Of a stretch of DNA of 64,000 bases, positions 49,001 through 57,182 are shown one piece after another. The notes under the pieces were generated by a model. It saw only the letters and a list, made by a program, of their open reading frames with translations. It had not been told where the DNA came from and did not search any database. The translations under genes were made by a program, and so were the position numbers. Position 1 is the stretch's first letter. Every line of letters begins with the position of its first letter. Origin of the DNA: an uncultured Fidelibacterota bacterium (GTDB lineage: Bacteria; Fidelibacterota; Marinisomatia; Marinisomatales; UBA1611); contig CACLYL010000002.1 in assembly GCA_902611135.1 (NCBI GenBank), positions 167 to 64,166 of the forward strand. Direction: 5' to 3'.

Positions 49001-49196
49001 TTTCACTCTTTCAGGAGAGTTAGTAACTAAGATTGATCATAATAATGAAAATTCTGGTAATGAATGGTGGGACCTTCGTACAATAAACAATCAGGAGGCT
49101 GCACCTGGATTATACATTTATCATATCCAACAGATGGATCCTTATGATAATAGTCAAATGCAAGAATTAGTTGGTAAATTTGCCATAGTCCGTTGA
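46023..49196 (+). CDS. Large secreted protein of unknown function with a variant C-terminal sorting/Ig-like domain
   Basis: 1057 aa with a TTG start that overlaps the previous stop, and a signal peptide MKYILIAIFSFILV. The C-terminus (VVPNPYLARSNF ... IKIFTLSGELV ... APGLYIYHIQ ... GKFAIVR) resembles a T9SS CTD / FlgD-Ig-like module but not the YPNPFN type. Confidence 0.6.
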   Translation: MKYILIAIFSFILVKSEEKKDLYHDYSDPFKYVSSSKIGDNPFPTNPLNDRAIGYLLQGKAQSAISNYGNIINWDEHPMGIWNGYSYLPSVAFLAGVPGQKYSSNFQWDNVEYIINEQGNTLYGIWESSDAYDDWFQNEKSNYVGIIFESNNDFGLWNPDSISKMETLDQINDAYQWIVDNNNNKIILSSREDLDPNKSSSRIGFIYPWALRPSLISREEQFDFYDYGPDLQEWTDDDNYMYYGFNVSESWLSRIPGSINGEWQASTMARVNTHNTTVKNGEIFGDTYVTDASDTYPLLAHSAFSDTWPIHLNEENGNYEPLWPGWWAQDYNINLAGCSQSRKDPDCWEDVPGRFISDMDIYMEFDDRWAHRGNMVNTNNEYEQTGYPMGLKIMAEAHSYGVSYAEDILFVTVKVRNESGDWCAEDENGQPVLDQFGEQKCGEAMIMPDGTKLNNGLGFDYQGTSLGFYFDADVLVGDQSGYNASYHTNDDDFMKYYWDIFEVNNERMLISMAMVGDYDGQSGVGGYAMNGQSNGSSDFGIVATQLLDSPKATDPVDLDQDGTIDIFPGEPLKMTDWHWFDWYSRPGVPQMESNASSCYTGAEGCPQARNKEEIMYKIMTGDTVNLSENEKQWHFHTSDPGTDLNSELNPHFDSLEGLLEEPAFLRDPEGLDCSIFLSCGPFDLPVGREVPFSFCIIFGQNETDLINNARFAQVMYNSKYQGFTPPSRPNVYAESDTGSIKLYWDDIAEISTDVLTGYSDFEGYKIYKSIDGGENWGEASKRIYTTEGLFVGWIPYKQYDLSAIEDSLHCVYSNNYNCPKTLRRNHSIKGPDPYSPWFNLGDDTGLDIIRLEEKDWLEINNTVYKYMYEDKDVVDGMEYTYSIVAYDMGVEPTYQTNYIKLGNDEFQSVIDTNFSNPDQWANPDGYASIENSKGTTILDRNFVQVYPGIKPQENLNKVRVVPNPYLARSNFKESEFLRRIRFINLPSKCVIKIFTLSGELVTKIDHNNENSGNEWWDLRTINNQEAAPGLYIYHIQQMDPYDNSQMQELVGKFAIVR

Positions 49197-49212
49197 CTAA
49201 TATAATAAATTT

Positions 49213-49629
49213 ATGATACCTAGATTTCACTTAGCATTTCCTGTGCATAATTTGAAAATGGCTAAACAGTTTTACACTCAAGTTCTTGGCTGTAGTTTGG
49301 GTAGAGAATCTGACAAATGGGTAGATTTTAATTTATATGGGCATCAGATTGTAGCCCATCTCGCACCTAAGGATTGTAATCAACAACAAAAGAATAGAGT
49401 TGATGGTGATGAAATACCCTCAAGGCACTTTGGTGTTATTTTAGATTGGATGGAATGGGAAATCCTTTGTAAAAAAATAATGGATAAAGATGTCAAATTT
49501 TATGTAAAACCTAAAATAAGGTTTAAAAATAAAAAAGGAGAGCAAGGAACATTTTTCATTTTGGATCCAAGTAGTAATGTACTCGAGTTTAAAGCGTTTA
49601 AACATGATAAAATGGTTTTTGAAAAATAA
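49213..49629 (+). CDS. VOC-family (glyoxalase/bleomycin-resistance/dioxygenase fold) protein
   Basis: 138 aa. FHLAFPVHNLKMAKQFYTQVLGC ... HFGVIL ... FFILDPSSNVLEFK has the beta-alpha-beta-beta-beta module pattern with metal-ligand His/Glu. Confidence 0.65.
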   Translation: MIPRFHLAFPVHNLKMAKQFYTQVLGCSLGRESDKWVDFNLYGHQIVAHLAPKDCNQQQKNRVDGDEIPSRHFGVILDWMEWEILCKKIMDKDVKFYVKPKIRFKNKKGEQGTFFILDPSSNVLEFKAFKHDKMVFEK

Positions 49630-49631
49630 AA

Positions 49632-50150
49632 TTGATTAATAAAAATACTTTCAAAAGTCTACTTCCGTATCTCTTGTTTAATCTTTGTTTGCTCTTTTCT
49701 CAAACTAATTGGGAAAGAGGAAATCTTAAAAAGATTGATGAGTTAAACTTTAAATTAAACCTCAGGGGGACTGATGATGATGCATGGGGAAGGAAATTAA
49801 ACAATTACATAGAGCTTAGATTTTTGGAAAATAAAGTAGTTTTTAATAATTCTCAAATGCCAAAAATGGTTGTTGATGTAAATATTATTGATTCAAGAGT
49901 TGAAGAGGTATCCTCATTTTTAATTATCTTTTCAATTTACAACTATAGTATTCCAGAATATGAATATTACGAATCAATGTCAAAAAATAAGTTAACAAAA
50001 AAAATAATGACGAGTAAAATCTGGTCTAGAGAAATTATGGGTCAAACTTCATCAATTACATTATATAAAGATATTGAAAAGAACGTAAATAAACTCATTT
50101 CAGACTTTTTTTCTCAATGGTACACAGACAATCCCATGAAACAATTTTAA
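49632..50150 (+). CDS. Hypothetical secreted protein
   Basis: 172-aa ORF with a TTG start and a hydrophobic N-terminus. I recognised no family. Confidence 0.4.
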   Translation: MINKNTFKSLLPYLLFNLCLLFSQTNWERGNLKKIDELNFKLNLRGTDDDAWGRKLNNYIELRFLENKVVFNNSQMPKMVVDVNIIDSRVEEVSSFLIIFSIYNYSIPEYEYYESMSKNKLTKKIMTSKIWSREIMGQTSSITLYKDIEKNVNKLISDFFSQWYTDNPMKQF

Positions 50151-50239
50151 AAGTACCTCCAAAATAGTCTTTCTTTGACATTTACATAATAAATAGTAAT
50201 TTATGTTTAAAGGCGTTTAAAAAACTCTTAAAAATATAG

Positions 50240-51262
50240 ATGTACTTGCTCCGAGGATTTATCATATTTCATCTCTTTTACTTTTGCTGTTTTGCGGAAG
50301 TGACAAAATCTGTTTCTTTAAAAACAGGTAATAAAATGGCCGTTTTAAAATTCGAAGGTTGGTCAATTTCAAATCCGTTGGCTTCTTTTTTAACTGAGGA
50401 ACTCAGAAAAACCATTCGTGAGTTAGATGTTTTTCTAGTGCAAGATAGTGGAATTACAAATCAAGTAAATATTTTTCTACCCAGAAGTGAGGATTATTGG
50501 GCATGTTGGGACAAAAAATGTGCAATAGATCTTGGAAGACGTTTAAAAGTCAACTATGTGATTGCGGGAAATATTCAAAAAAAAGATGAGGATAACTTTT
50601 TAATTAGTGGGAGACTCTTTTCTGTTGATATGGAGATGTTAATGAATGAGTTTGTGGTAAATAGCAGCGGGATTACAGATAGTTTATTATTAGAAATGAA
50701 AAAGATGGCTTTTAATGTAAGTGGTCTTTCGATACCCGATTCAATTTATGCTGAGAGAAGTATAATTGAAACTGAAGTTGAAGAAAAACAAAAACGTCAG
50801 AGGATTTGGGGGTTGCAGTTTCCATCAATACCAAATAAAGTTAAAGCATTAATGATGTCAACAGTTTTACCTGGAAGTGGTCAAATCTGGGCAGAAAAAA
50901 AATATCCTGGGTATAGTTTTATGGGTATAGAGAGTGCGCTTGGAATAAGTGCATGGATAGCTTACAAGCAGTATTATTCATCGTGGGGAGATTTTGAATC
51001 AAATTATAATGCTTATCAAAGAGGTACTGATCCACGAGAATTATTGGATTTGAGACCAAAAGTTATTAAGTATGCTCAGGAGACAGCAAGATACAATGCC
51101 TTTATGAAAAACCTTAGAACAATTGGATTTTCGATCTGGGTTGTAAACATGATACATGCATATTTGGTTACTCCAGGAGATGATTTTTTTGATGGGGAAT
51201 ATTTTTTTGATGTAGAGTACAATAATGATGAAAATCAATTTCAATTAAACTTAAACTTTTAA
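50240..51262 (+). CDS. Hypothetical envelope protein
   Basis: 340 aa with a signal peptide. The N-terminal half resembles periplasmic LpoB/CsgG-type folds (MAVLKFEG ... YVIAGNIQK ... ISGRLFSVD). The C-terminal half has two TM-like segments with LPGSGQIW. Weak. Confidence 0.45.
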   Translation: MYLLRGFIIFHLFYFCCFAEVTKSVSLKTGNKMAVLKFEGWSISNPLASFLTEELRKTIRELDVFLVQDSGITNQVNIFLPRSEDYWACWDKKCAIDLGRRLKVNYVIAGNIQKKDEDNFLISGRLFSVDMEMLMNEFVVNSSGITDSLLLEMKKMAFNVSGLSIPDSIYAERSIIETEVEEKQKRQRIWGLQFPSIPNKVKALMMSTVLPGSGQIWAEKKYPGYSFMGIESALGISAWIAYKQYYSSWGDFESNYNAYQRGTDPRELLDLRPKVIKYAQETARYNAFMKNLRTIGFSIWVVNMIHAYLVTPGDDFFDGEYFFDVEYNNDENQFQLNLNF

Positions 51263-51265
51263 CTA

Positions 51266-51799
51266 ATGAAACTGTTAAGAATAATCCTTCTACTTTATTT
51301 ATTTATAATTAATGCCTGTGAGGAGGCTATATATAAATTTGATAATGTCAATGATCCATTTAATATGGATCTTGAGCCTCCAGCTTTATTTTTTCATCCT
51401 AGTGAGATAAAAACATTCGTAAATAGTAATGATTCACTAGAAGTTTACGGATATAAATTAGATTCCTCAGCTGCGGCTCATTTAGAGATCATTTATGATT
51501 ATGGAAGTATAATTGTGGATTCAGTATCTCCGGGGCCATTTTTTCAAAATTCAAATGATCCAATTGAGGTAGTTGTTGAAGATGGAAATAAAATTCATAT
51601 TTATTTATATTACCTTCCTGACCTAATGATGGATCAAAATACAGGAGGGACGTGGTCATTAGCAAAAATTTATTTTTCTACAACAAATGCTGCAGGCACA
51701 TATGGTCTTGAATTTGGTTCCAATACAAAATTAAGAAACGCAGAAAATGATTCAGTAAGAATAAATACTTTTGGTATAGGTTCAATCCATGTTCAATAA
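51266..51799 (+). CDS. Small lipoprotein with a cohesin-like beta-sandwich pattern
   Basis: 177 aa with lipobox LFIINAC. The strand pattern LEVYGYKLDSSAAAHLEIIYDYGSIIVDSVSPGPFF ... NKIHIYLYY ... GTWSLAKIYFSTTNAAGTYGLEFGS ... NAENDSVRINTFGIGSIHV parallels type I cohesins (..CDFVYSYDPNVLEIIEIEPGDII ... IVFLF ... GVFATIVAKV..APNG.SVIKF ... FFDGGVNV). This rests on recall, not an HMM hit. Confidence 0.45.
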   Translation: MKLLRIILLLYLFIINACEEAIYKFDNVNDPFNMDLEPPALFFHPSEIKTFVNSNDSLEVYGYKLDSSAAAHLEIIYDYGSIIVDSVSPGPFFQNSNDPIEVVVEDGNKIHIYLYYLPDLMMDQNTGGTWSLAKIYFSTTNAAGTYGLEFGSNTKLRNAENDSVRINTFGIGSIHVQ

Positions 51800-54700
51800 C
51801 ATATTTATTTTTAAATGTCTGTTACTTTTAATTCTTAATGCAGTCCAAGGTCAAGAGTGTTTTGATTTTGAATTAGCTGAATCTGATTTTCCATTTGATC
51901 ATCTAGCAGATTTTACTTCTGATGAAGATATTGGTCAAAATTGGGGATTAGGGACACTTGGTTCAGGGGAAATCGGTGCTTTAGGTGGGAACGATTTTGC
52001 ATATAAATTAACGTTGCTTAATCCTGCGTTAATCTATGTAACAACATGTGATGCGGAGACAGATGTTGATGTTGAAATTGCAATTTTCAATAGCTGTGAT
52101 TCAACGGACTGGTTATTGTATCAAGATGATTCTAACCTCCCTCTATATTATCCTGATGGAACTTCAGAGCAGTATGACTTTCAATGTATTTCTGGTTATG
52201 AGGAGAATCCCACCTATGCAAATATGCTACCTCGTTTAGAACTAGAAAGTGGTTCATATTATATTGTTGTAAGTGATCGGGGGTATTCAGGAACTGTAAA
52301 AACTTACATTGGTTATTCCTTATTGGTTGACTCTACAACCACAAATGAGGATTATACTGAAATTAATTACCATTTTAGCGAGGGTGTGTTTGGGGGAGAA
52401 TATCAGGATGTTTACAATGGCAATGGTATCCCATTGGAAATAAATGATTATAGTATATCAATTAATCCAAACGGTGGTGACGCCGATGAAGCATACATAA
52501 CCTCCCTAACCACAATGTCAGGAGATCTTCTATCGATTGGAGAATCAAGCATTAAAGTTAATATAAATTACCCAGATACTCCAACAGGGGTAGAGGAAGT
52601 AACAATTGGACCAGCGTCTGTATCATCAATTTTTAATAGTGTGGGAATTCCTTTATTAAATGTTGAGGGAATTACCATTGAACTAGTTGATGCTTTAAGT
52701 CCTAGAATAACAAATTCACAGCCTAGCAATAATGAAATTGGAATTCCAGTTGATGAAAATATAATTTTAACATTCTCAGAAAATGTTCAATATGATGATA
52801 GTGAAATAAATAATGTGAATGCACAAAATTGTTTCAGAATTGAAAGTGTAGAAACAAATGAAAATCTAGATTTTTCTATAACAAATCTAGATGATACAAT
52901 TTTTACATTAAATCCTATAAATAATTTTCCGGATTATACATATATAAGACTAATAATCCTTGAAACAATAACAGATACAAACGATAATCAATTTGCATCG
53001 GATACAATTATGTTCCGAACAGAAGACATCTCACCACCAATAATTAATCAAAGTTTACTTGCATCAACAAATGAATTTATAACGATTAGCTTTAATGAAG
53101 GTGTCTACTCCTCTGAGCAAGGATCAGGCGCAATAAATTCTTCTGATTTCAGCTTGATATTTGATCCAAATGGTGGGAATTGTACCAATGCAAACTTATC
53201 GGCAATAACTAAAATAGATGGAGAGGAGCTAGAGGGGGGTGAATCCTCTGCAAAATTCTTTTTACAGTTAGCTGGTTCGCCGAGTGGTGTAGAGACTTTT
53301 TCGTTAAGCCCAACAAATAGCTCTTCAATTTTTGATTTTGAAGGAAATGGGATGTTAAGTATTTCATCTACTGATAATTTAACTTTGTTTGCATCGGCTA
53401 TAATGGAAACGTTTTATTTAGCAGATAGTAATGATTATTTAGATTTAACCTTTTCAATAGGCGTTTATGGGGATGAAAATCAATTCCAACCTGTCTCATT
53501 GTCCGACCTTAATTTGACATTAAACTCAAATGGAAGTTCGGTATTAACAGGACAAATAGTAAGCTTAAGTAATATTAATAATAATCCGCTTCTGGGTGGT
53601 GAAGAGACTATACGATTATATTTAAATTTCAATGAACAACCATCGGGAGTTGAGTTTATAGAAATTTCTCCAACTAGTAATGGAAGTTTATTTAGTATTT
53701 CAGGAGTTCCATTGCCTGTAACTGAAAATTCTGGACCTATTAATTTAATAGATCAAAGGCCACCTCAGGTGGATACAAACATATCAGATGGTTCAGAAAA
53801 CATAATAGAAAGTGAGCCCCTAAGAATTACATTTAGTGAAAATATTTATGATCCTGAAACTGGAAACTTAATGACATCGGAGCAATTAGGGGCTTATATT
53901 ACATTAAGAGATGATGCCTCTGAGGCAGATATTCCTTTTTTAGTAGACTACTCTAATCCACCAGACCTTTACATTATTCCTGAGCAAGATTTTGATAGTG
54001 ATCAAATAGTATACTATGCTTTTAATGGGTTACTTCAAGATGAGGCGGGGAACCTAGCTGATTTTAACTTTAACGCAACTTTTATGGTTAGAGATTATTT
54101 GCCTCCTACAGTTGACTCTTCAATTCTTGCTTTAGATAATTCATATATCGATATAATTTTTGATGATGGTATTTATGGCGCAGTAGAGTTTGACGGGCAA
54201 AATTTTGTAGGGATTTCACCGGTTGATAGAAATGATTTTTCCGTTGAGTTTGAGCCAAATGGTAGTGAAATAAACATTGTTAATATTGCCAGCATTACAA
54301 GGACAGATAGTAACTTTTTGATTGGGGGAGAGAATGAGATTAGAGTTAATTTTGAATATAATGGGACTCCAAATGGGGACGAGACACTGCAACTAATTGT
54401 TCAGCCTGGGGTTACAATGTATGATGAAATTGGTAATCAGCTTACCGATACCGTAACCATCATGAATCCAGACACTCTGTATGATATTTTAGCACCCACT
54501 ATTGATATGGTTTCTTTGTCTGTAGATTCATTTATTACTTTAATGGAAGATAGGCCAATAATGTTCACTTTTAATGAAAAAATTGATTCGATTGAATTTA
54601 ATATAAGCTCAACGGTTTTAGATTCAATTAACTATGAATACGAGATGGCCAGCTCTGATTCATCAATAGAAATTACCTTAAAACCTCCCTTTGTCAGTTA

Positions 54701-55631
54701 TGATCATATAAGTATTAATTTTTCATATTTAGAGGATTTGGCTGGATTGTCAACTGTTGATATAACTTATACGTATAAAACTCCAATACTTGGGGATTAT
54801 GATTTTGATAATGCAATTAATTATCACGATCTATGGGATTTAGTTGAAAATTGGGAATTAAATAATATGGATTATGAGATCGGTCCAATTTCTGGTCAGG
54901 TACCTCATGTCATTCCTCAATTGGATAGTAAATTCGATATAGAAGATGGAATGGCTTTTGTTCAAATGTGGTCATGGTATCAGAAAGAATTTGGTGAAAT
55001 AATCGAGGATTCTACCCAAGTTGGGCGCATTTTAAATACAAAAACAAGCAAAAATAATTATATAGTATACATAGACAGTAATATTGTTGCTGGGCAATTG
55101 ACTTTCACCTATGACTCTGGAATAAAACCTTTACAATTTTTAAGCTATCCTCAAAAAAATGATAATTTATTTTTAGAATTTCATAAATCAATAGAAGGAT
55201 TTTCGAAAATAGAATTTGCTAGACATGATCATCAAAAAAAGGATTCTATATTATTTGATTTGAATCAGCACAGCTATGTAAAAATATTTTATAATTTAGA
55301 ATCTTCAACAAAATTAATCGAAAGAAAAGGAATGATTAATTACAAAAATAATCTAGTCCCTGAAAAAATCAAGTTATATCCAGCTTATCCAAACCCGTTT
55401 AATCCTTCGACTACTTTAAAGTTTGATATTCCTTTTAATTTGGATAATAATATTTTTTTAGAAGTATTCGATGTGCGTGGTAGTAGGGTAGATTATTTAG
55501 ATTTAGGTTTGATGAGCCCAGGTACTCATAAAGTAAAATGGGATGGACGACGACATTCCTCAGGCGTATATATTATTAAATTAATAATAGGGTTCTCAAG
55601 GCAGACACAAAAGTTACTATTGATAAAATAA
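51789..55631 (+). CDS. Giant secreted multi-Ig-domain (SbsA/Big_5-like) surface protein with a dockerin-like segment and a T9SS C-terminal sorting domain
   Basis: 1280 aa with a signal peptide.
- The N-terminal domain is PPC-like.
- There are at least five Big_5-type domain starts: SPRITNSQPSNNEIGIPVDENIILTFSENV, ISPPIINQS, RPPQVDTNISDGSE ... LRITFSENI, LPPTVDSS and LAPTIDMVS.
- There are four copies of an approximately 90-aa module.
- A dockerin-like segment reads GDYDFDNAINYHDLWDLV ... LDSKFDIEDGMAFVQMW.
- The C-terminus reads YPAYPNPFNPSTTLKFDI ... GVYIIKL. Confidence 0.7.
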   Translation: MFNNIFIFKCLLLLILNAVQGQECFDFELAESDFPFDHLADFTSDEDIGQNWGLGTLGSGEIGALGGNDFAYKLTLLNPALIYVTTCDAETDVDVEIAIFNSCDSTDWLLYQDDSNLPLYYPDGTSEQYDFQCISGYEENPTYANMLPRLELESGSYYIVVSDRGYSGTVKTYIGYSLLVDSTTTNEDYTEINYHFSEGVFGGEYQDVYNGNGIPLEINDYSISINPNGGDADEAYITSLTTMSGDLLSIGESSIKVNINYPDTPTGVEEVTIGPASVSSIFNSVGIPLLNVEGITIELVDALSPRITNSQPSNNEIGIPVDENIILTFSENVQYDDSEINNVNAQNCFRIESVETNENLDFSITNLDDTIFTLNPINNFPDYTYIRLIILETITDTNDNQFASDTIMFRTEDISPPIINQSLLASTNEFITISFNEGVYSSEQGSGAINSSDFSLIFDPNGGNCTNANLSAITKIDGEELEGGESSAKFFLQLAGSPSGVETFSLSPTNSSSIFDFEGNGMLSISSTDNLTLFASAIMETFYLADSNDYLDLTFSIGVYGDENQFQPVSLSDLNLTLNSNGSSVLTGQIVSLSNINNNPLLGGEETIRLYLNFNEQPSGVEFIEISPTSNGSLFSISGVPLPVTENSGPINLIDQRPPQVDTNISDGSENIIESEPLRITFSENIYDPETGNLMTSEQLGAYITLRDDASEADIPFLVDYSNPPDLYIIPEQDFDSDQIVYYAFNGLLQDEAGNLADFNFNATFMVRDYLPPTVDSSILALDNSYIDIIFDDGIYGAVEFDGQNFVGISPVDRNDFSVEFEPNGSEINIVNIASITRTDSNFLIGGENEIRVNFEYNGTPNGDETLQLIVQPGVTMYDEIGNQLTDTVTIMNPDTLYDILAPTIDMVSLSVDSFITLMEDRPIMFTFNEKIDSIEFNISSTVLDSINYEYEMASSDSSIEITLKPPFVSYDHISINFSYLEDLAGLSTVDITYTYKTPILGDYDFDNAINYHDLWDLVENWELNNMDYEIGPISGQVPHVIPQLDSKFDIEDGMAFVQMWSWYQKEFGEIIEDSTQVGRILNTKTSKNNYIVYIDSNIVAGQLTFTYDSGIKPLQFLSYPQKNDNLFLEFHKSIEGFSKIEFARHDHQKKDSILFDLNQHSYVKIFYNLESSTKLIERKGMINYKNNLVPEKIKLYPAYPNPFNPSTTLKFDIPFNLDNNIFLEVFDVRGSRVDYLDLGLMSPGTHKVKWDGRRHSSGVYIIKLIIGFSRQTQKLLLIK

Positions 55632-55681
55632 AGTTTTTAATATTTGTAGTGAAGAAATTGTTAGTATAAACATAAAAAATT

Positions 55682-56482
55682 ATGAAAAGTTATTTTAATT
55701 CAAAAAAAAATCGAGAAAAGCATAGACCGGATAAAGTGTTAAAAAAAATCAAAAATTCATATGAAAATAACAGTCACAAATTAATATTATCATTAACCAA
55801 AGAAAGTAGCCCATTATTAAACTATAATTACAATAGTCAATTATCATTTCTGGAAAAGAAAAAAGAAGATAATAATAAGTTGATTGAAGAATTAACCATA
55901 TCACTGCAGTATACTGTCTTCTTTATGGAGGTCTCCAAGAAGGAGAGGATTAAGATATCCAAAAACATGCGACTATATTTTAGATATTTTATTGAAAATC
56001 AACTTTCTAGAATTAAACTTTTTTTAGAGGACTTTGAGTTTGGGAATCTAAATATGACCAATAATGTAAACCAAAGCTTAAGTATTATTGATCCTGTTAT
56101 TTTAACTTTAATTTATCTAAGAAAATACTTTGAACTAGAATTAAGAAGAATAAAGAGTTTGCCTAGAGTTACATACCTAACAGGTTTTCAGGTATCTATG
56201 GGGCCTTTCCTTTTAAAATTAAAAGAGTTAGGTGTGAAACAAAAAGATCAGATAACTATTATTAAAAATCTTTTTGATGACTTTGAGGTTGATTGGGAAG
56301 TATTGGATCGTGAAAATATTAAATTATCTATACTAAAACCTGCATGGAACTATCTTCGACTTAATCAAAAATATGAAAGTAACATATTAGAACCAAAGTT
56401 AACACGGTTTTATTCAGACGATTTAATTTCTAATTTTATTGAACAAGCAAAAGTTTTAAAAGATGAATTCAAAAGATTCTAA
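55682..56482 (+). CDS. Hypothetical protein
   Basis: 266-aa uninterrupted ORF, Lys/Asn-rich and predicted helical. I recognised no family. Confidence 0.45.
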   Translation: MKSYFNSKKNREKHRPDKVLKKIKNSYENNSHKLILSLTKESSPLLNYNYNSQLSFLEKKKEDNNKLIEELTISLQYTVFFMEVSKKERIKISKNMRLYFRYFIENQLSRIKLFLEDFEFGNLNMTNNVNQSLSIIDPVILTLIYLRKYFELELRRIKSLPRVTYLTGFQVSMGPFLLKLKELGVKQKDQITIIKNLFDDFEVDWEVLDRENIKLSILKPAWNYLRLNQKYESNILEPKLTRFYSDDLISNFIEQAKVLKDEFKRF

Positions 56483-56488
56483 GTAAAA

Positions 56489-57181
56489 TTGAATTTAGCA
56501 GTTACAATAGCTCCTCTATCTTTCTTATGGTGGATGGGTATTATACTATCTATATTAATTGGTATTCTGATCATCCAGGTTGCAATTCGTATACCTCCTG
56601 ACAAAAGAACAATATTAAGAATATCAATAGGCATTTTAATGTTTTCTGAGGAACTATTTAATCAGTTTTATATGGTAAAACTAGGTGTCTGGCATTCTAG
56701 CTCATCATTGCCACTTCACCTATGTGGTATTACTGGTTTGTTATCTGCCATGATGATGATTAAAAACAAACAAATGGGATTTGAATTCATATTAATGCCT
56801 GGTTTTGCCGGAGCACTACATGCTCTTCTTACTCCCCAATTAAATCATGGTGGAGATGCAATACAAGTTATTAACTATTACATAGGGCATAGTGGAATCT
56901 TAATTGTTGCTTTTTACCTAGCAATTGTAGAAGGATATAGATTAAGAAAAAGCTCGTGGATAAAAAGTTTTTTATTAATACAAGTTCTATTAATCTTTTT
57001 AGGTTTTATGAATTGGGTACTCGATGCGAATTACATGTATTTATGCTCACCACCAATAGTTAATAACCTTTTAATCATTGGATCTTGGCCTTATTATCTT
57101 GCCTTTTTTGAAGTAATTGGTTTGCTTCATATTATTGTCCTTTATTTTACTTTTCGAAAAATGAGACCACTGCCTTATTAA
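56489..57181 (+). CDS. Integral membrane protein, TIGR02206/YwaF-like
   Basis: 230 aa with a TTG start and about 7 TM helices. The LPLHLCG motif is characteristic of the YwaF family. This call is from recall. Confidence 0.5.
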   Translation: MNLAVTIAPLSFLWWMGIILSILIGILIIQVAIRIPPDKRTILRISIGILMFSEELFNQFYMVKLGVWHSSSSLPLHLCGITGLLSAMMMIKNKQMGFEFILMPGFAGALHALLTPQLNHGGDAIQVINYYIGHSGILIVAFYLAIVEGYRLRKSSWIKSFLLIQVLLIFLGFMNWVLDANYMYLCSPPIVNNLLIIGSWPYYLAFFEVIGLLHIIVLYFTFRKMRPLPY

Positions 57182-57182
57182 T

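Noticed and set aside
50175-50202. Sigma70-like promoter (TTGACA, 16-nt spacer, TAATTT) upstream of the 50240 gene
   Set aside because: Such matches arise easily by chance in AT-rich DNA, and the promoter consensus of this lineage is unknown. It is not reported as a feature without transcription-start data.
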